Assembly: GCF_000315625.1 (NCBI RefSeq)
Contig: NW_005434589.1
Coordinates: 137,330-201,329, forward strand
Origin: Guillardia theta CCMP2712
Lineage: Eukaryota; Protista; Cryptophyta
DNA: 64,000 bases
Direction of reading: 5' to 3'
The notes beneath the pieces were generated by a model. That model worked only from the letters and a program-made list of their open reading frames with translations. It made no database searches and was not told the DNA's origin. This document shows, one piece after another, positions 1 to 12,355 of this stretch. The position numbers and the translations under genes were made by a program. Numbering within the stretch: the stretch's first letter is position 1; every line of letters begins with the position of its first letter.

Positions 1-77
1 TATTGAACAGAAAAATGACTCCACCCATGTCACTCACGACTAGGGAAGCCAAAGGTGAAACGCTTGCTCGTCTCTTC

Positions 78-2926
78 TTACGCCAACCTCGTCGTGTAGG
101 CTGTCTTCAACGTCAGCAAACATGTACTCCTGCTCACCCCGCATCCCTTGCTGCTTCTTCGAACAACCTTGTCCCCCTCCTCCCCCCCCCCGAGTTCGCT
201 CTTGCTTCTCCTCCGCCCTTTCCCTTCCCCTTTCTTAGCCTCGTCCCTACCTGCCCATCCTCGTTGCTTGTATTGCAGAGCAGCAGCTGCTGGATCAGAG
301 GCCTGCGGATGTTTAGGAGACGGAGAGAAACGGGAGGGTCACCTTGTAGATGCCTCGCCCGACTATGATGACGTCGCTGGTCCTCTCACTGGAGCAAGAA
401 GCAAGGAGAGTGAGAAGGCAGAAGCTGAAAGTACAAGCGGAGGAGAGAAGGGATGAGAAATGCGAGATTGAATCTGAACAATGCGAGGCAGAGTAGGCCA
501 TCAGAGCGAGCAGAGGTGATGTCAAGAGACAAAGGTTGATGGTGGAGGGAGTAGGAGAGAGAAGAACAAAATGTCCTACCCGATGACTACCTCTGGTGTG
601 AGGTAGCGCTGGCCGAGCGAGTCTGTTCCCTCCTCCAATTGGACGCCTAAAAAAGAAAATAAGGAAAAGGAGCCAGCTAGGAGGTGTGCAGGTGAGCGGG
701 ATCATGAAACTTGAGGTAGAAAAGTAGACGGGAAAGCAGATTACGAGTAACGGCGTGATGATGACGATGACGACGATGAAGATGATGGTGAAGAAGAAGA
801 TGATGGTGGTGGTGATGGTGATGATGATGGTGAGATGGTGATGATGATTGGATTGGGGTATCCACCGGGTGTCATGTGGATCATTGACGGGTCCTCGCTG
901 AGCCGGCTGGTGCAAATGAAACCAATACACTATAGAGCGGCGCTGGTAAGTTCCTCCGCTCCCTCCTCTCCTCAGTTCAGCTCACAAAGTCTCGTCGCGC
1001 GACGGCCATCTCTACAGTCTTCTTGGTGTACTCGCCATCCGCTAGTGTCCCAGAGGAGGACATCTGACCCAGCAATAGCAGACCCCGTCCCTTGGGCTTG
1101 CCGACCTGCACTGAATTCAGTTCGCGGGAGATGGATAGGAGGAGAATGACAGAAAGGAGTTGGCGGGGAGATGGGAGGAGAGGAAGTGACCTGAGCGAGG
1201 CCGTCTATGATTCCTGGTCCAGGTACGGTATGAGCGTTTGTGATGTGCGACCAGTCGGCAATGCGGTAGACGCCCCTGCCTTTCAGTCATGCCGGCACCA
1301 AGACGAGGGTCCACCTTACCCCCCATACTGCATTGCCACGGTGTTGCCAATGTCAGCGAACTTTCTATCCTCGAAGATGAGGAACCTGCGACAAACTGAG
1401 AAGGCGGAATGAGGCAGCACGTTTGGATGGGGAGCAAAAAGCGGGCGAGGAAACATCAGGTTAGGGTAGGACGTGAGGGAGAAGCAGGCGGGAGAGACCT
1501 ATGCTTGTCTGCAATCTTCTGAAGCTCGAGGGTGAAAGCGAGAGAGAAGTCAGCGAGAACGTCCACGTGCGTCTTGAAGAGGCAGATGTGCGGGCCAACC
1601 GCCTCTGCCAGCTGCAGCACCTGCATAGAACTGGTTGACAGCGGCTGATGGGAGTCTAGAGTAGGTAAGAGGGGTCCAGAGGAGTCTAGAGGACGTAAGA
1701 GGGGTCCAGAGGAGTCTAGAGGAGGTAAAGGAGGTTACCTCAGCACAGGTGTTGACATCAGCTGCCACTGACAAGTTCGTTTGCTTGCTCTGAAGCCAGT
1801 TTCACCTCTACCACCTCCATGCTCCGCCCTCAAGCCCAAACCCTCCAGCTCTGATCTAGCCAATTCCTCACCTCCATCAGCGTCAGCAGCTCCTTTGCCA
1901 TGTTGCTGTCGGCCATTCCTGCGCGTTCGCCGTAGCTCATCTTCGCGACTGACTTCACGGGAGCAGCAGGAGCAGGGGCACTGCTTTCAAAGCGGTTGGC
2001 GGCGACGAACTCTCGGACTCTGAGGGAGAAGGAGAGGAAGGTGAGTGACGAGCGTGGGGCAAATGATTCTAACTTGCTCACTGTCGCCTCGTCAAGGAGG
2101 TTCTTCTCTTGCAGCACCGCAATGAAGGTGCTCACTGTCAGCACCTGGTCCATGTCAGACTCTCCTTCTCTCCTCTGCCGCAAGCAGACCGAGCGAAGGG
2201 TCACGCCCTCCCCTTTGATCCTGTCGGGTCCTCCCTGCTCTCTATCCTGCCATAGCGATAAGCAGTGTACCATCCCAGCCTTGGCGGCACCAGCAGGACG
2301 ACTGCGTCTATCACGTCCAGGCCTTCCTCTCGCAGCGATCGTGCCTGCAGGAGAGCTTCAGCTTCTCCCAAGCTTCTTCTCCTCACCGTCTCCATGACGC
2401 TCGCGCCGCTCGTCACCACATCCTCCACCACGAGACACTTGCAGCCGCGCGAGAAGACTCCCTGCTCTTGCTCAGCTCCTCCTCTTCCTACCACGCACTT
2501 CACCCACCTCAACCATCTTCTTGGTACCATAGTCCTTCGCCTCCTTCCTCCTCACCACCATTGGCTTCCCGTTCATGATGGACATTGCGGTAGCGAAAGG
2601 AAGGGCGGTGTAAGGTACACCGCAGAGTACCTGAGAGCAGGAGAGTGAGACGAGCAAAAGCAAACTCGCCCACGTCACATCGTGCTGTGCATCTTTGCTT
2701 ATCTCCCAGAGCTGCTTCGCGATCTGCTGGAGGAGAGCTGGGTAGGAGACGGTGACTCTCAGGTCGAAGTAAACAGGCGACATGATGCCGCTCTTGAGTT
2801 TGAACTCGCCGAACTGACTTGAGGTGTCAACGAAGAAGACGAAGCGACAGCAGATCCAACCTTGACTGCTCCAACTTCATACAGCCCGACGACCAGGTTC
2901 TTGATTTCTTCTGTTGCAGCTGCCAT
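78..2926 (-). CDS. UMPS: UMP synthase (orotate phosphoribosyltransferase + OMP decarboxylase fusion), multi-exon
   Basis: Exons read by eye give [66 protein letters not shown] and the PRPP motif [13 protein letters not shown] (OPRT). They continue with [25 protein letters not shown], the OMPDC signature [40 protein letters not shown] and YTTRLA*. ATG at 2926, TAA at 78-80. Confidence 0.96.
755..850. repeat. (GAT/GGT/GAC)n trinucleotide microsatellite inside a UMPS intron
   Basis: gatgatgacgatgacgacgatgaagatgatggtg... It produces the spurious poly-His and poly-Ile ORFs in the track. Confidence 0.85.
1650..1730. repeat. 30-bp minisatellite (about 2.7 copies) in a UMPS intron
   Basis: ggagtctagagNaNgtaagaggggtccaga repeated in tandem. 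Confidence 0.85.
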
Positions 2927-4360
2927 CTAAAACAAGAAATCAACTCGCACACCTCCAATTCTTCCTTTCTTGTCAACAAGTTTATCTTGCAAGCATGCAT
3001 TACCACGACCCGAGATTTGCATATTCACATTACACCGACCTCTTTCACCACCCTTTTCTGACACAGAGATGAGGGCAAGCTTCATGTAAGCTTCATGGCG
3101 CAATCAGATACTCCTCCTTTCGTTTCTCTTCGATTTCTCACACGTGCCTTTTCATTCTCATGATCTTCTTACTCATGAGACCATGTCGAATCATACCGAA
3201 TCTCTTTGGAAATGCATGAAATTGGCTTTCTGCTGCTTCGATATTTGATTTTATCAGCATTCTACCATCGCCTGTTCACACTAGCTACAACTTCTTCCAA
3301 TTTTCTCGTGTTTTGCTGTCCATTTACATATGTTCTCCTGCTCATTGCTTCTTTCATTGCTGGCCTTCACTCGACGACTCTATGTACATCTCCTCTTCCT
3401 CTCTTCTCCTCCATTCTTCCTCTTCTCTCTCCTCTTCTCTCCCTTTCCGCCCGTGCTCATCAATCCGGCGGCCAATGGGATTGGCGATTAATTTTTGTAA
3501 AGGGTATCGTGTTCGGTCATTTTAAATTCAGTTCACACAAATATTTGGTCAATATTTGATATTTAGAAGAAATATTTACAAAATTTCACAATTTTGAAGC
3601 ACTCACAGGAATTTTCTTTCTCGCACATGAAGTCAGTAAAGCCTTCGCACATGACCCCCCACCCTACCCCCCGAGATATCGCCAAACCTTCGCCAGTCAG
3701 TACCCCTACCGTTTCAACGATCCTCAAAATATCTACCACCCCTTCAAACATGCTAAATAAGTACCCATCTTTTATCACCCCACCACCTTGATTTTTAGTT
3801 TAAGTTGACCTAGGATACAGGTGAAATGTTTCATAATGCATTATCATTTTTGAAATGATAAGAGACTATATTTCAACCCTGATGCATCCAACAGTTTTGT
3901 TTTGAGTTTTCGAAAATTTAGTCTTTGAGTTAAAATATGATGGAGATTTTCAAGAGAATTTGAAAAAATATTCGAGCATATTCCTCGGGTGCTCTGTCAA
4001 AAATCATGCACACAATCGAGCGGCAGGGGCGGCGAGGGAGGGGGATGGGGAGGGGAGGGGGTGAGAAGAGATGGAAGGAGATATGGTGGTCAAAGCGGGG
4101 AAGGCAAGTGAGGGAAGGAAGCGAAGAAGATGGGAGGAGAGAGCAATGAAGGAAAGATAGAGAGCAGAGAACGAAAATAAGGATCAACACATATGTCGAT
4201 AACCAGAACTATTGGTATCCAATGTAGGGGCGAGTAAACCAACGAGTGAGAGTGGGAAGAATCAAAATTTTGAAAGATAATCAGGAATTAAAATTCTAGA
4301 AGAGACGAGACAAAGGGACATGGAGGAAGCACAGGACCAAACTAACACTTCACTATCAGA

Positions 4361-4582
4361 ATGATCGAGGTGGTCTGCAACGATCGTCTTGGAAAGAAGA
4401 TCAGAGTCAAGTGCAACCCCGACGACACAATTGGAGACCTCAAGAAGCTCATCGCTGCTCAGACAGGCACCCGCGCAGAGAAGATCAGGCTGCAGAAATG
4501 GTACAACATCTTCAAAGATCACATCACTCTGGAAGATTACGAGATTAAGGATGGGATGGGCCTTGAGCTGTACTACAACTGA
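4361..4582 (+). CDS. UBL5: Ubiquitin-like protein 5 (Hub1), intronless CDS
   Basis: 73 aa [38 protein letters not shown]...GMGLELYYN. It has the family N-terminus and the C-terminal di-tyrosine YY-x. Confidence 0.98.
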   Translation: MIEVVCNDRLGKKIRVKCNPDDTIGDLKKLIAAQTGTRAEKIRLQKWYNIFKDHITLEDYEIKDGMGLELYYN

Positions 4583-4734
4583 GAGACGAGAAACTGCCTT
4601 TCTTTCCCTCTCTCTCTCCCTCTTTCTTGCAAACTTATATGAATCTTGATACTTCTTCGAGACAGCTGGTTGCTGTGCAGCTGGAGATTGCACAGGTTTC
4701 CTTTCGAGAAACGATTCTGTGATCTCTCGCTGCC

Positions 4735-7722
4735 ATGCGGTCAGCAATGGCCGCGGCTACCATAGCTGTAGTCACCATAGTGCAGATGGTAATCTGGAAT
4801 GCAATCTCTAAGCATAAAGCTGAAAGCAACGAACCCTCCCAAGACTCGAGTGAATCTGAATCCTCTTCCAACTTCAAAAGTCTGCCAAGATCGACAAGAT
4901 CTGTCTTTCATCGAAGTGATGACGATCATCTTCATTTCATCCTGTCAAACAAAACTTCATATGCTCTCCATAGCTTCCATCAACTCAACGCGTCAATGGA
5001 AACTGCTGAAAGATCCTCTCTTCAAAACGTGACTGAAGGTGAAATTTCGCTCTAGGTTCTTTTGTCCTTTTCTGTTTCTTCTTTCCCATTGCTCTCTCGG
5101 TTCTTGTTGTAATGCTAATTTCTCACAGCATTTCGAAGTTTGCAAGGAAATTCGGAGAGCGCTGCTGTTCACAGCAAGAATTCCAGCCATGTCGACTCAC
5201 CAGATGTTTCTGCCTCCTTGAGCTCAGCTCGTCGGCGCAGGGTCTTCGAGCCTGGCAAGAGGTTTTATCAAGGTGAGGAGCAAGGAGCGGAAGGTGATGG
5301 CAGCAAGGTGATCTCAGAGTTGAGAACTGAAACAGGGAGTTCGGCTCAAAACTACAACGAAAAAACAAATGGTTGGTCACGGCCCGCGGCAGACAAGCTG
5401 AAGGAGGTGCAGACTCAAGCAGTCCAAGAGGACAGGATGGATGAGTTCACGGCGGGCCGTGAGATCTCGCAATCGCGCAATGTCTCTCAGGATCGACCCC
5501 CGAGCACACAGCAGGAGTTGCTTGCAGAGAGTTTGAGCCGGGTGAACCCTATTGCACCTTCCTTCACTGATGCCGCTCCTCGACTTGGAGGAGGTTCACA
5601 CCACCCAGACAAGGGTAAAGGAGGAAGCTGGCTGACCAGCACCAGCAACGTGGAGCTTCTGTGCTCCAACCTACCGCATAACTCGTCGGATGCTGCTCGC
5701 TTGAAGCGGCGAAGGGACCTGCGATGCTCCTGTTTCCTCTCCCATACTCCCGCCGACTTTATCGCCTGCCAACTTTCGAGCCTGCAGCCTGTCGACCAAA
5801 GTCTTGCTGAGTTTGTAAGGAGCATGAAGTGGGGGAAGCAGTCGGGGGAGAGTGCCTACTTCCACACCAAGAGGATCCTTTCCTTCGGCACAAGAGTTCC
5901 AGGAGATGAGGGATGGAATCGAACGATCGGCTACATCTCGGGCTTCTTCAAGACTTTGGGATGGTTTGTGGAGGAAGACAGGTGCAGCAGCTCTCTAGTG
6001 AGTCTCATCGCTTCTCATCCCTCGCAGGTTTCTCGCCCACACACCTGTGGGTGTGAGGCCCATGTGCAACATTGTGGCGTCGCTGAACCCCAAAGGCGGC
6101 GTCTGCCTCGTCGACCTCGCTGCTCATCTTGACTCCAAACTTTTCGCTGACTTCCGGTGAGCATTGACAGTAGCAGCTGCTCGAGGGCATAAGGACGTGG
6201 ATCATGATTACGATGCTTTGACGCCATGAGACTGACAAGGGAGGGGAGGATTCGGGAATAAGATGTGATGTTTGATTATGTTCGCCGATTGCGAGGGATG
6301 AGATGAACGTCTCGCTCGGGTATCAGCTGAAGTTGTTCTGATGATTCTTCTAGTTTTCTCGGGGCTTCGGACTCAGTGGCGTCCATGGGGATCATGCTTG
6401 AGGTGAAGCGACCGAACGATTTTCTTCCCATCTTATTGTTGTCAGGTCGCTGAGAGCATAAGCTTACAACTGCAGCGTAGAATGTTAGCAGAGGACGTGA
6501 ACTTGGAGCCGCTGCCGTGCTTGCGAATGATCTTTTTCGATGGCGAGGAATCCTTCAAGCGATGGACCCCAACCGACTCGCTTTATGGTGAGCAACGCCA
6601 GCGATTGTCAAGGGAAAGAGGAAGAGCGAGATGGGGATGCAGGAAGGGAGGGTGGGCATGCAAGGTCAGGAAAGGACGGCATGCACAGAGAGGAGAGCAT
6701 GAGAAGTGGGGAGTGACTTTCCACTCGCAATAGGTTCTCGGCACCTCGCAAGCTCGTGGGAGCGACAGCTTGACCCGTAAGGCTTGACAAGGGCGAGGTC
6801 CTTTCTTACCCCCTCCCTGCAGCTTCAGGCCCGGCAAACCTAGGCTAGATGGGATGCGCCTCCTCGTAAGTTCTCATCCTCCCTCGATCACCTACCAATG
6901 CTGTTGGCTACTCCTCTATCAGGCTTGCTCTCCTTGGCGACTGATATGTGGTCAGGTCCTGCTGGACCTCATTGGAGGATCGCGAAGCACGTTTGTCTCA
7001 CATCACAAGTCGACGAGTCTTGTGTTTCAGCGGCTGCAACTTGTGGAGCAGAGGTAATGCGAGAGGGTTTGGAGAAGACGAGGAGGAAAGGATAGGGGAT
7101 GACGATTGAAACAGCTGGTGGAAGAGGAAGGGACCCGGGGGGGGGGGGGGGGGCTGATGGGCATGGGACGGGGGAGTAGTAACTTGCCTGTAGTTTACGA
7201 CGGGAGAGCTTGCTGCGAGCGAGAGGTGGCTCGCCAACCAGCTCCTTCTTCGCGAGCAGCGGGAGCAGGGAGACCATCCAAGACGATCACATTCCCTTCC
7301 TCAAGCGAAAGGTAAGCTGCTGCCTTGCACGTTAAGCTCGCTGACTCCAACGCCTCAGGTCCCTGTCCTTCATCTGATACCCTCGCCCTTCCCGCCCTTT
7401 TGGCACACGACGAGGTTCCTCGCTTCGGTTTCCATTGAGTGGCTGAAACCCCGCAGGGACACCCTCGAAGCCATCGATCGCGACGCTGTTGCTGACTTCG
7501 CAATGATCCTCAAGGTCTCGACATGCTGTTTGCAAATGTCCTCCATATATTGTTCTCCTCCTCAAGCTCGGAGGCGCTGCTAACCTATCCTCATTTGACA
7601 CCCCTTGCACACAGACATTTCTTTTCGACTTGTATGGGCTTATCGTCCGGAAGCGCTCAGTCAGTTCGCTCCCTCCCCTTCAACCACGTCCTCCTCCTCG
7701 ACTCGGAAGCTTCTCAAGATAG
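4735..7722 (+). CDS. Glutaminyl-peptide cyclotransferase (QC/isoQC, M28 fold) with N-terminal signal-anchor and long stem; multi-exon, ends approximate
   Basis: Exons encode [70 protein letters not shown] and [17 protein letters not shown], which are the zinc/catalytic motifs of animal-type QC. Hydrophobic N-terminus [21 protein letters not shown]. Confidence 0.9.
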
Positions 7723-7999
7723 GATGTGAGCCATCAAACCTAGTCGGACACTGTGAGGCCATACAGACTTTTACCGTACTAGTTAAATTCCTGTGGACTC
7801 AGAAAGCCTATGGCCAACGGGTGGCGTCTTGAGGCGGGCCTGAAGTAATGCTTGTGACTGAGGCGGGCCGTGCAAATGGGAGTCCCGACTCTTCGCCTGT
7901 TGCTATACCCCCACCCCCTCTTTACCGTTCAAAGTACCCCCTTTCCTTGCTCTGCCATTCCTGTGTCACTTTCGTTCACATCCTGCCGTCTTCTTAGTG

Positions 8000-8195
8000 C
8001 TTCATCCCCAACTCCTTCCTCCTAACTCCTTGCCTCCCAACCTTTGCCTCCTAACTCCTTCCTCCTTGCCTCCTTCCTCCTTGCATCCTTCTTCCTTGCC
8101 TCCTTGCCTCCTTGCCTGCTTGCTCCCAACTCCTTGCCTCCTTTCCTGCTTGCTCCCAACTCCTTGCCTCCTGCTTCTTTGCTCACTGCCACCTG
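8000..8195. repeat. Pyrimidine-rich degenerate minisatellite (tccttgcc-type units)
   Basis: Repeated ctccttgcctcc / cctgcttgctcccaactccttgcctcc. Confidence 0.8.
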
Positions 8196-11176
8196 ACTGT
8201 ATCTGCTAATACCTCCTCACTTCACTCGGTCCCCTTTTATCCCGCCTTCTCTTCTCCAAATTCCTCCTTATCAATAGTTTCTTGTGTCTGACCCCACTCC
8301 GCACCTTCTCCTTTCTCCCTAGTGCTCTATCCTGCTTCCGTCATCCAGAGTCGTGAATATCGTCCTCTTCCTTCACAGAGTCTCTCATTTCTTCCTGTCT
8401 TGATTTTCGTCTGTGTTTCGTTGACTCAACGAATTGCTTCTTGATTTATTCGTTTATGTCATCTATTTTGCTGAGCCCAATCCTTCGCATGTGTGGGTTG
8501 GGCTCTCCGTTGATGCCTTGATATCAAGTCGTGCCCTGCTTGATCGAACAGCCCGTTGTCTGAGCTCCTTGCCTTCGTTTATTCGGAAATTCTGATCTGT
8601 TTTTGTTAGATGTACTTCTCGTTGATTCCGGTCTCGGAACTCTCTAGCAGGAGCTTGTATGCTCAGGTGATACTCTTTCACCTTGATTTTGTCGCTCATG
8701 CTTCTCGTTCCCTAGCCTCCAGGACTCCAACAGCTCGTGCTCGACAATCGTCTGGGTAGATCAAAAATTTGAATTCTCCATTTCTCACAGGGGTTCAGGC
8801 GGACCTCTCAACATCGGATATCCTTGTGGAGCTATCTGGTGCGAATCCGTTCCTGACAACAGTGAGTGCTCCTCCCTTCTTCACTCCTCGCCTCCCCAGA
8901 AAGCATAAAACTTTTACTCTAGCTGATGTCATTGCAGAGGTCGGACACACCAACGGTACGGGACCTGTGTGGGTTCCCTGAGCTGGTGCAACGGGGAGAA
9001 ACAAGGGAGGCAACTGATGCATCTAGACATGAGTAATGCATTTCTTTAGCACTACACGTCTCTTGTATTCCCTGTCCTTCCTGTCTTGCTGTTCATCTCT
9101 GGGATATCTCCTTCCTGCCTGCTGATGATCCTTGCAAGTAATGTAGAAGTCTGATTTTCATCCATTGAATGAGAATATCTAGGGTAATATCTCTATGCTC
9201 CAGAGATGTAGGTGAGGAAGAGGCGTAGAAGCAAAGGATATGAGAGGATTTTGAGCTCATGCAATAACTCGCTGTCCTTGGTAGTTCCTTGAGATTGATC
9301 ACACAAACCTTGAGTCTTGCAACCTTGACATCTGCATATATGATAGGTTGATATCTACCAACACAGAATGAGAACAAATAGTCTAGAGCCTCCCAAGGCG
9401 ATTTGAATTACATTTTTATTTCTCTATGTGCATTTCAGAAATAATAATGTGTCACAACTTATGAATAGGAGGAGGATGATGATACAGTCCAAGTTTACAA
9501 CTTAGAATACATTTCGAAGGTGTTTCAGTTGAATAAGAAAACAAAAAAAAGTTTCGTGCCGCTCTCTGAGTGAAAAAAATTATTGACAGGTTGATAATCG
9601 TCTGAGAGAGCACATTTTCTTTCAAGCAGAAGCCTTGTTCTTCACCATCTGGGGAATGAGCTGGTTTGTCTCATTCATTCCTAACACTGAACGAAATGAA
9701 AAGCTGAGGTCGTTGGTCTGGAAATAGTCTGATTGCTTCCATTGATCCTCAACCTCGTGCTGAGAATCTGAGGTCATTCCAGTGTTGCTCGATCGCACAC
9801 ACGAATGATGATAGTATACACAGAGAGGCATGTCTGAATAGATTGATCAATAACAAGACAGCCAAGACCAAATCAAAGCAGAAGACGGAAGATGAATCGA
9901 GGATGTAGCGTAATAAGCGTGTTGTTTCGCTTGAGGCCGCCCAATGGCTTTTTCACGGCTGCTGATGGGTTGCAATGCTGACAAATGATGCACCACTGGC
10001 CAAAAACCGATCTGAGTGATGGACTAGACGGGTAGGAATGGAGGAGGCGGCGCAGGAGGGGGGATACTGAGATCAAGGTCACGAATGATCTGCGGTGAAG
10101 CGCACGAGAGACAGCGGAGGGAGGAGAGACAGATGGGGGAGGAGTGAGCCAAACTTGGGGAGGAGGCACAACTGGGGGGAGATGAAGTACCCCTGTACGG
10201 AAAGGGGTCCCTTCAATTAGGGTGGTGGGTAGCATTGGAACCGGGGTAGGAAGATTTTGATAGGGGGTGGGGGTGCAGATATTGTAGGTAAGGTTTTAAA
10301 TCTGTGGAAATAGGTGGGTGGGGTGACTTTTTTTTTGGGTTGAGGTATGTCCGAATGGATATCCGAATGAAAGGGGTGTTTTCTGTAGCTTAGGGAAGAG
10401 AAGCAAGAGTACGAGTTTGAGTATAGACCCTCAGATAGAAAAATCTCAGGGTTGACCCCCCCCCCAACACATATCTTCCAACCCCCACCTCTGAATTGTC
10501 CAATAGGTGTGCCTTTGATGGTCATCTGGTAGTGGGGTGGCCTTGACAAGGAAACATGTTCAGAGGGTGGGTACTTTCATATATAGATCGGAAGGGACAA
10601 CAATTTGATTTCCTTGAGGGTTATGGGGTTGTAGGGGTCGGATATCTGATGGATTTATAGAGTTCTACACGTCAATTGGGGGGTGGGTACTCAGTTATAT
10701 GTTGGATTTAAGGCACATTCCTGGCGAAAAGTTGTGATCTCGCATCCGCTTCAGATGACCCTACCACCATAGAAATTCCAGGATGTGTGAAAAGTTTTAA
10801 TTGTATTCTGTTTATTTCAAATAAAACAATATAATATTGTTGAGGGTTAAAAAAAGATGAAAGGGTGGGTAGTTGTTCAGATTCGATCTGACGACGAGTG
10901 GGGTAGGATTGGGTCGGGCTGAAGTAGTGGGAGGGGTGGGGTGTGTAACCGGTGGTGAGAGGAGGACTGTTGTGAGAGGGGTTGGGTTGAGAGGCAACGG
11001 GTTGAGAAAGGGCAAGATGGGGTGGTAAAGTTTCCTGCAAGACTTGGTAGGGGTGGTTCTCCCTGCAAACTTGGGGAATAAAAGATGAGTTGGGGAATTC
11101 GCGGGATTGCGTGATGATTACAATTCATAGTTGGCGGCAGCAATTGAGATCGATTTTCCTCAAATTAAACCGTTTG

Positions 11177-11556
11177 TGTTGAACTTTTAGGAAATCAACA
11201 TGAAAAATATACAATTAGACCAATATTTCGATAACCCCCCACATGGTTTCCGTCTGTATTAGGTACGGGTAGACCACATTAGTTTTCGAGATGTAAGCCA
11301 ACTTGCATTGGGGCTATGCAACTGGTCAAAAAACTAGGTCAAATCAAACGGTGTAAAGGATGACAAGCAACCCCTCTACCCCTTTTTAGTACTTTGAATC
11401 AGTCATACTAAAACCTTACTTACTTGAAATTGACTGAAAGGTGGTATATGTTTATGGAAGGGTGCTGTGGTCAAACAGCCGGGGTGGCCCCCACTCTACA
11501 TTTGTTGTAGAGGCAAAAACAGTTTTAAGATACAAGAACATTCTTTTAAGTTTACA
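11177..11556. mobile_element. Possible solo-LTR or interspersed repeat (TGT...ACA-bounded AT-rich 380-bp block)
   Basis: Begins tgttgaactt and ends aagtttaca (imperfect short inverted termini). Composition switches sharply to very GC-rich DNA at 11560. No target-site duplication seen. Confidence 0.3.
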
Positions 11557-12355
11557 TCTGAGTCTCCCGGGCCTTCCGGGCCGCGGGACCGGCCACCGGG
11601 CCGCCCTATGATGCCCGGCGGCCCGGCATACGCGGCCCGAGCCTACGGCGTGACGGGTCGGCCAGGCGTCCGACCGGTCACCCAGCCGCTCCGAGCCGCT
11701 GCCACCGTGCCAGTGACGCGCTGAGTCACGGTTGCGGCTTACATGCCGGGCAGTGCCACCGGCACGGGCCAGTGAGCCAGAATTGACAGTGAGGAGCACA
11801 CTGACGAGAGATCACTGAGTCAAGATAGACTGTATGCTAGGATGTCCGACAACGGTTAACTCGGCGTTACAGGCTATCTGACTGGCACGCCGCGGCTGGC
11901 ATGTGATCCATCGTCCCTCCGACTCCGGGCCGAGTTTCTGTACGGTACGGTACATCGGACGTCTCAGTAAGAAAGTCACAGAGTAACACAAACCGACAAG
12001 TTCAAGAGAATGTCAGCAGAGTGCCAAGTCAAGATACGATGAGACCGTCTGCGTCAAGTTCACAGTTAAAGATCATTTTCATGCAGGGCTGTTAGATGTC
12101 CGCAGTGAGTGACAGACTCTGATAACCCGGGGAGACTCTCAGATGCCTGACGAGCGGGTGCAATGAAGAGAGACACTAGGAGATAAGGTAGTAAAGAGAG
12201 AGAGAAGCGTGCCCGCCGGCATTTGAAAAAGGCCCGGGCCGCCGGCGGCGGCCCGCCGCCGCCGCGGCTCGGTGGAGCCTGTCACCGGGAGCCTGTCACC
12301 GATACAGGCTGCCATGATTGAACTACTAGCTAGTAGGCCCGCCTACGGTAGCACC

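Noticed and set aside
313-930. Hydrophobic poly-Ile and poly-His ORFs
   Set aside because: Translations of an intronic trinucleotide microsatellite within UMPS.
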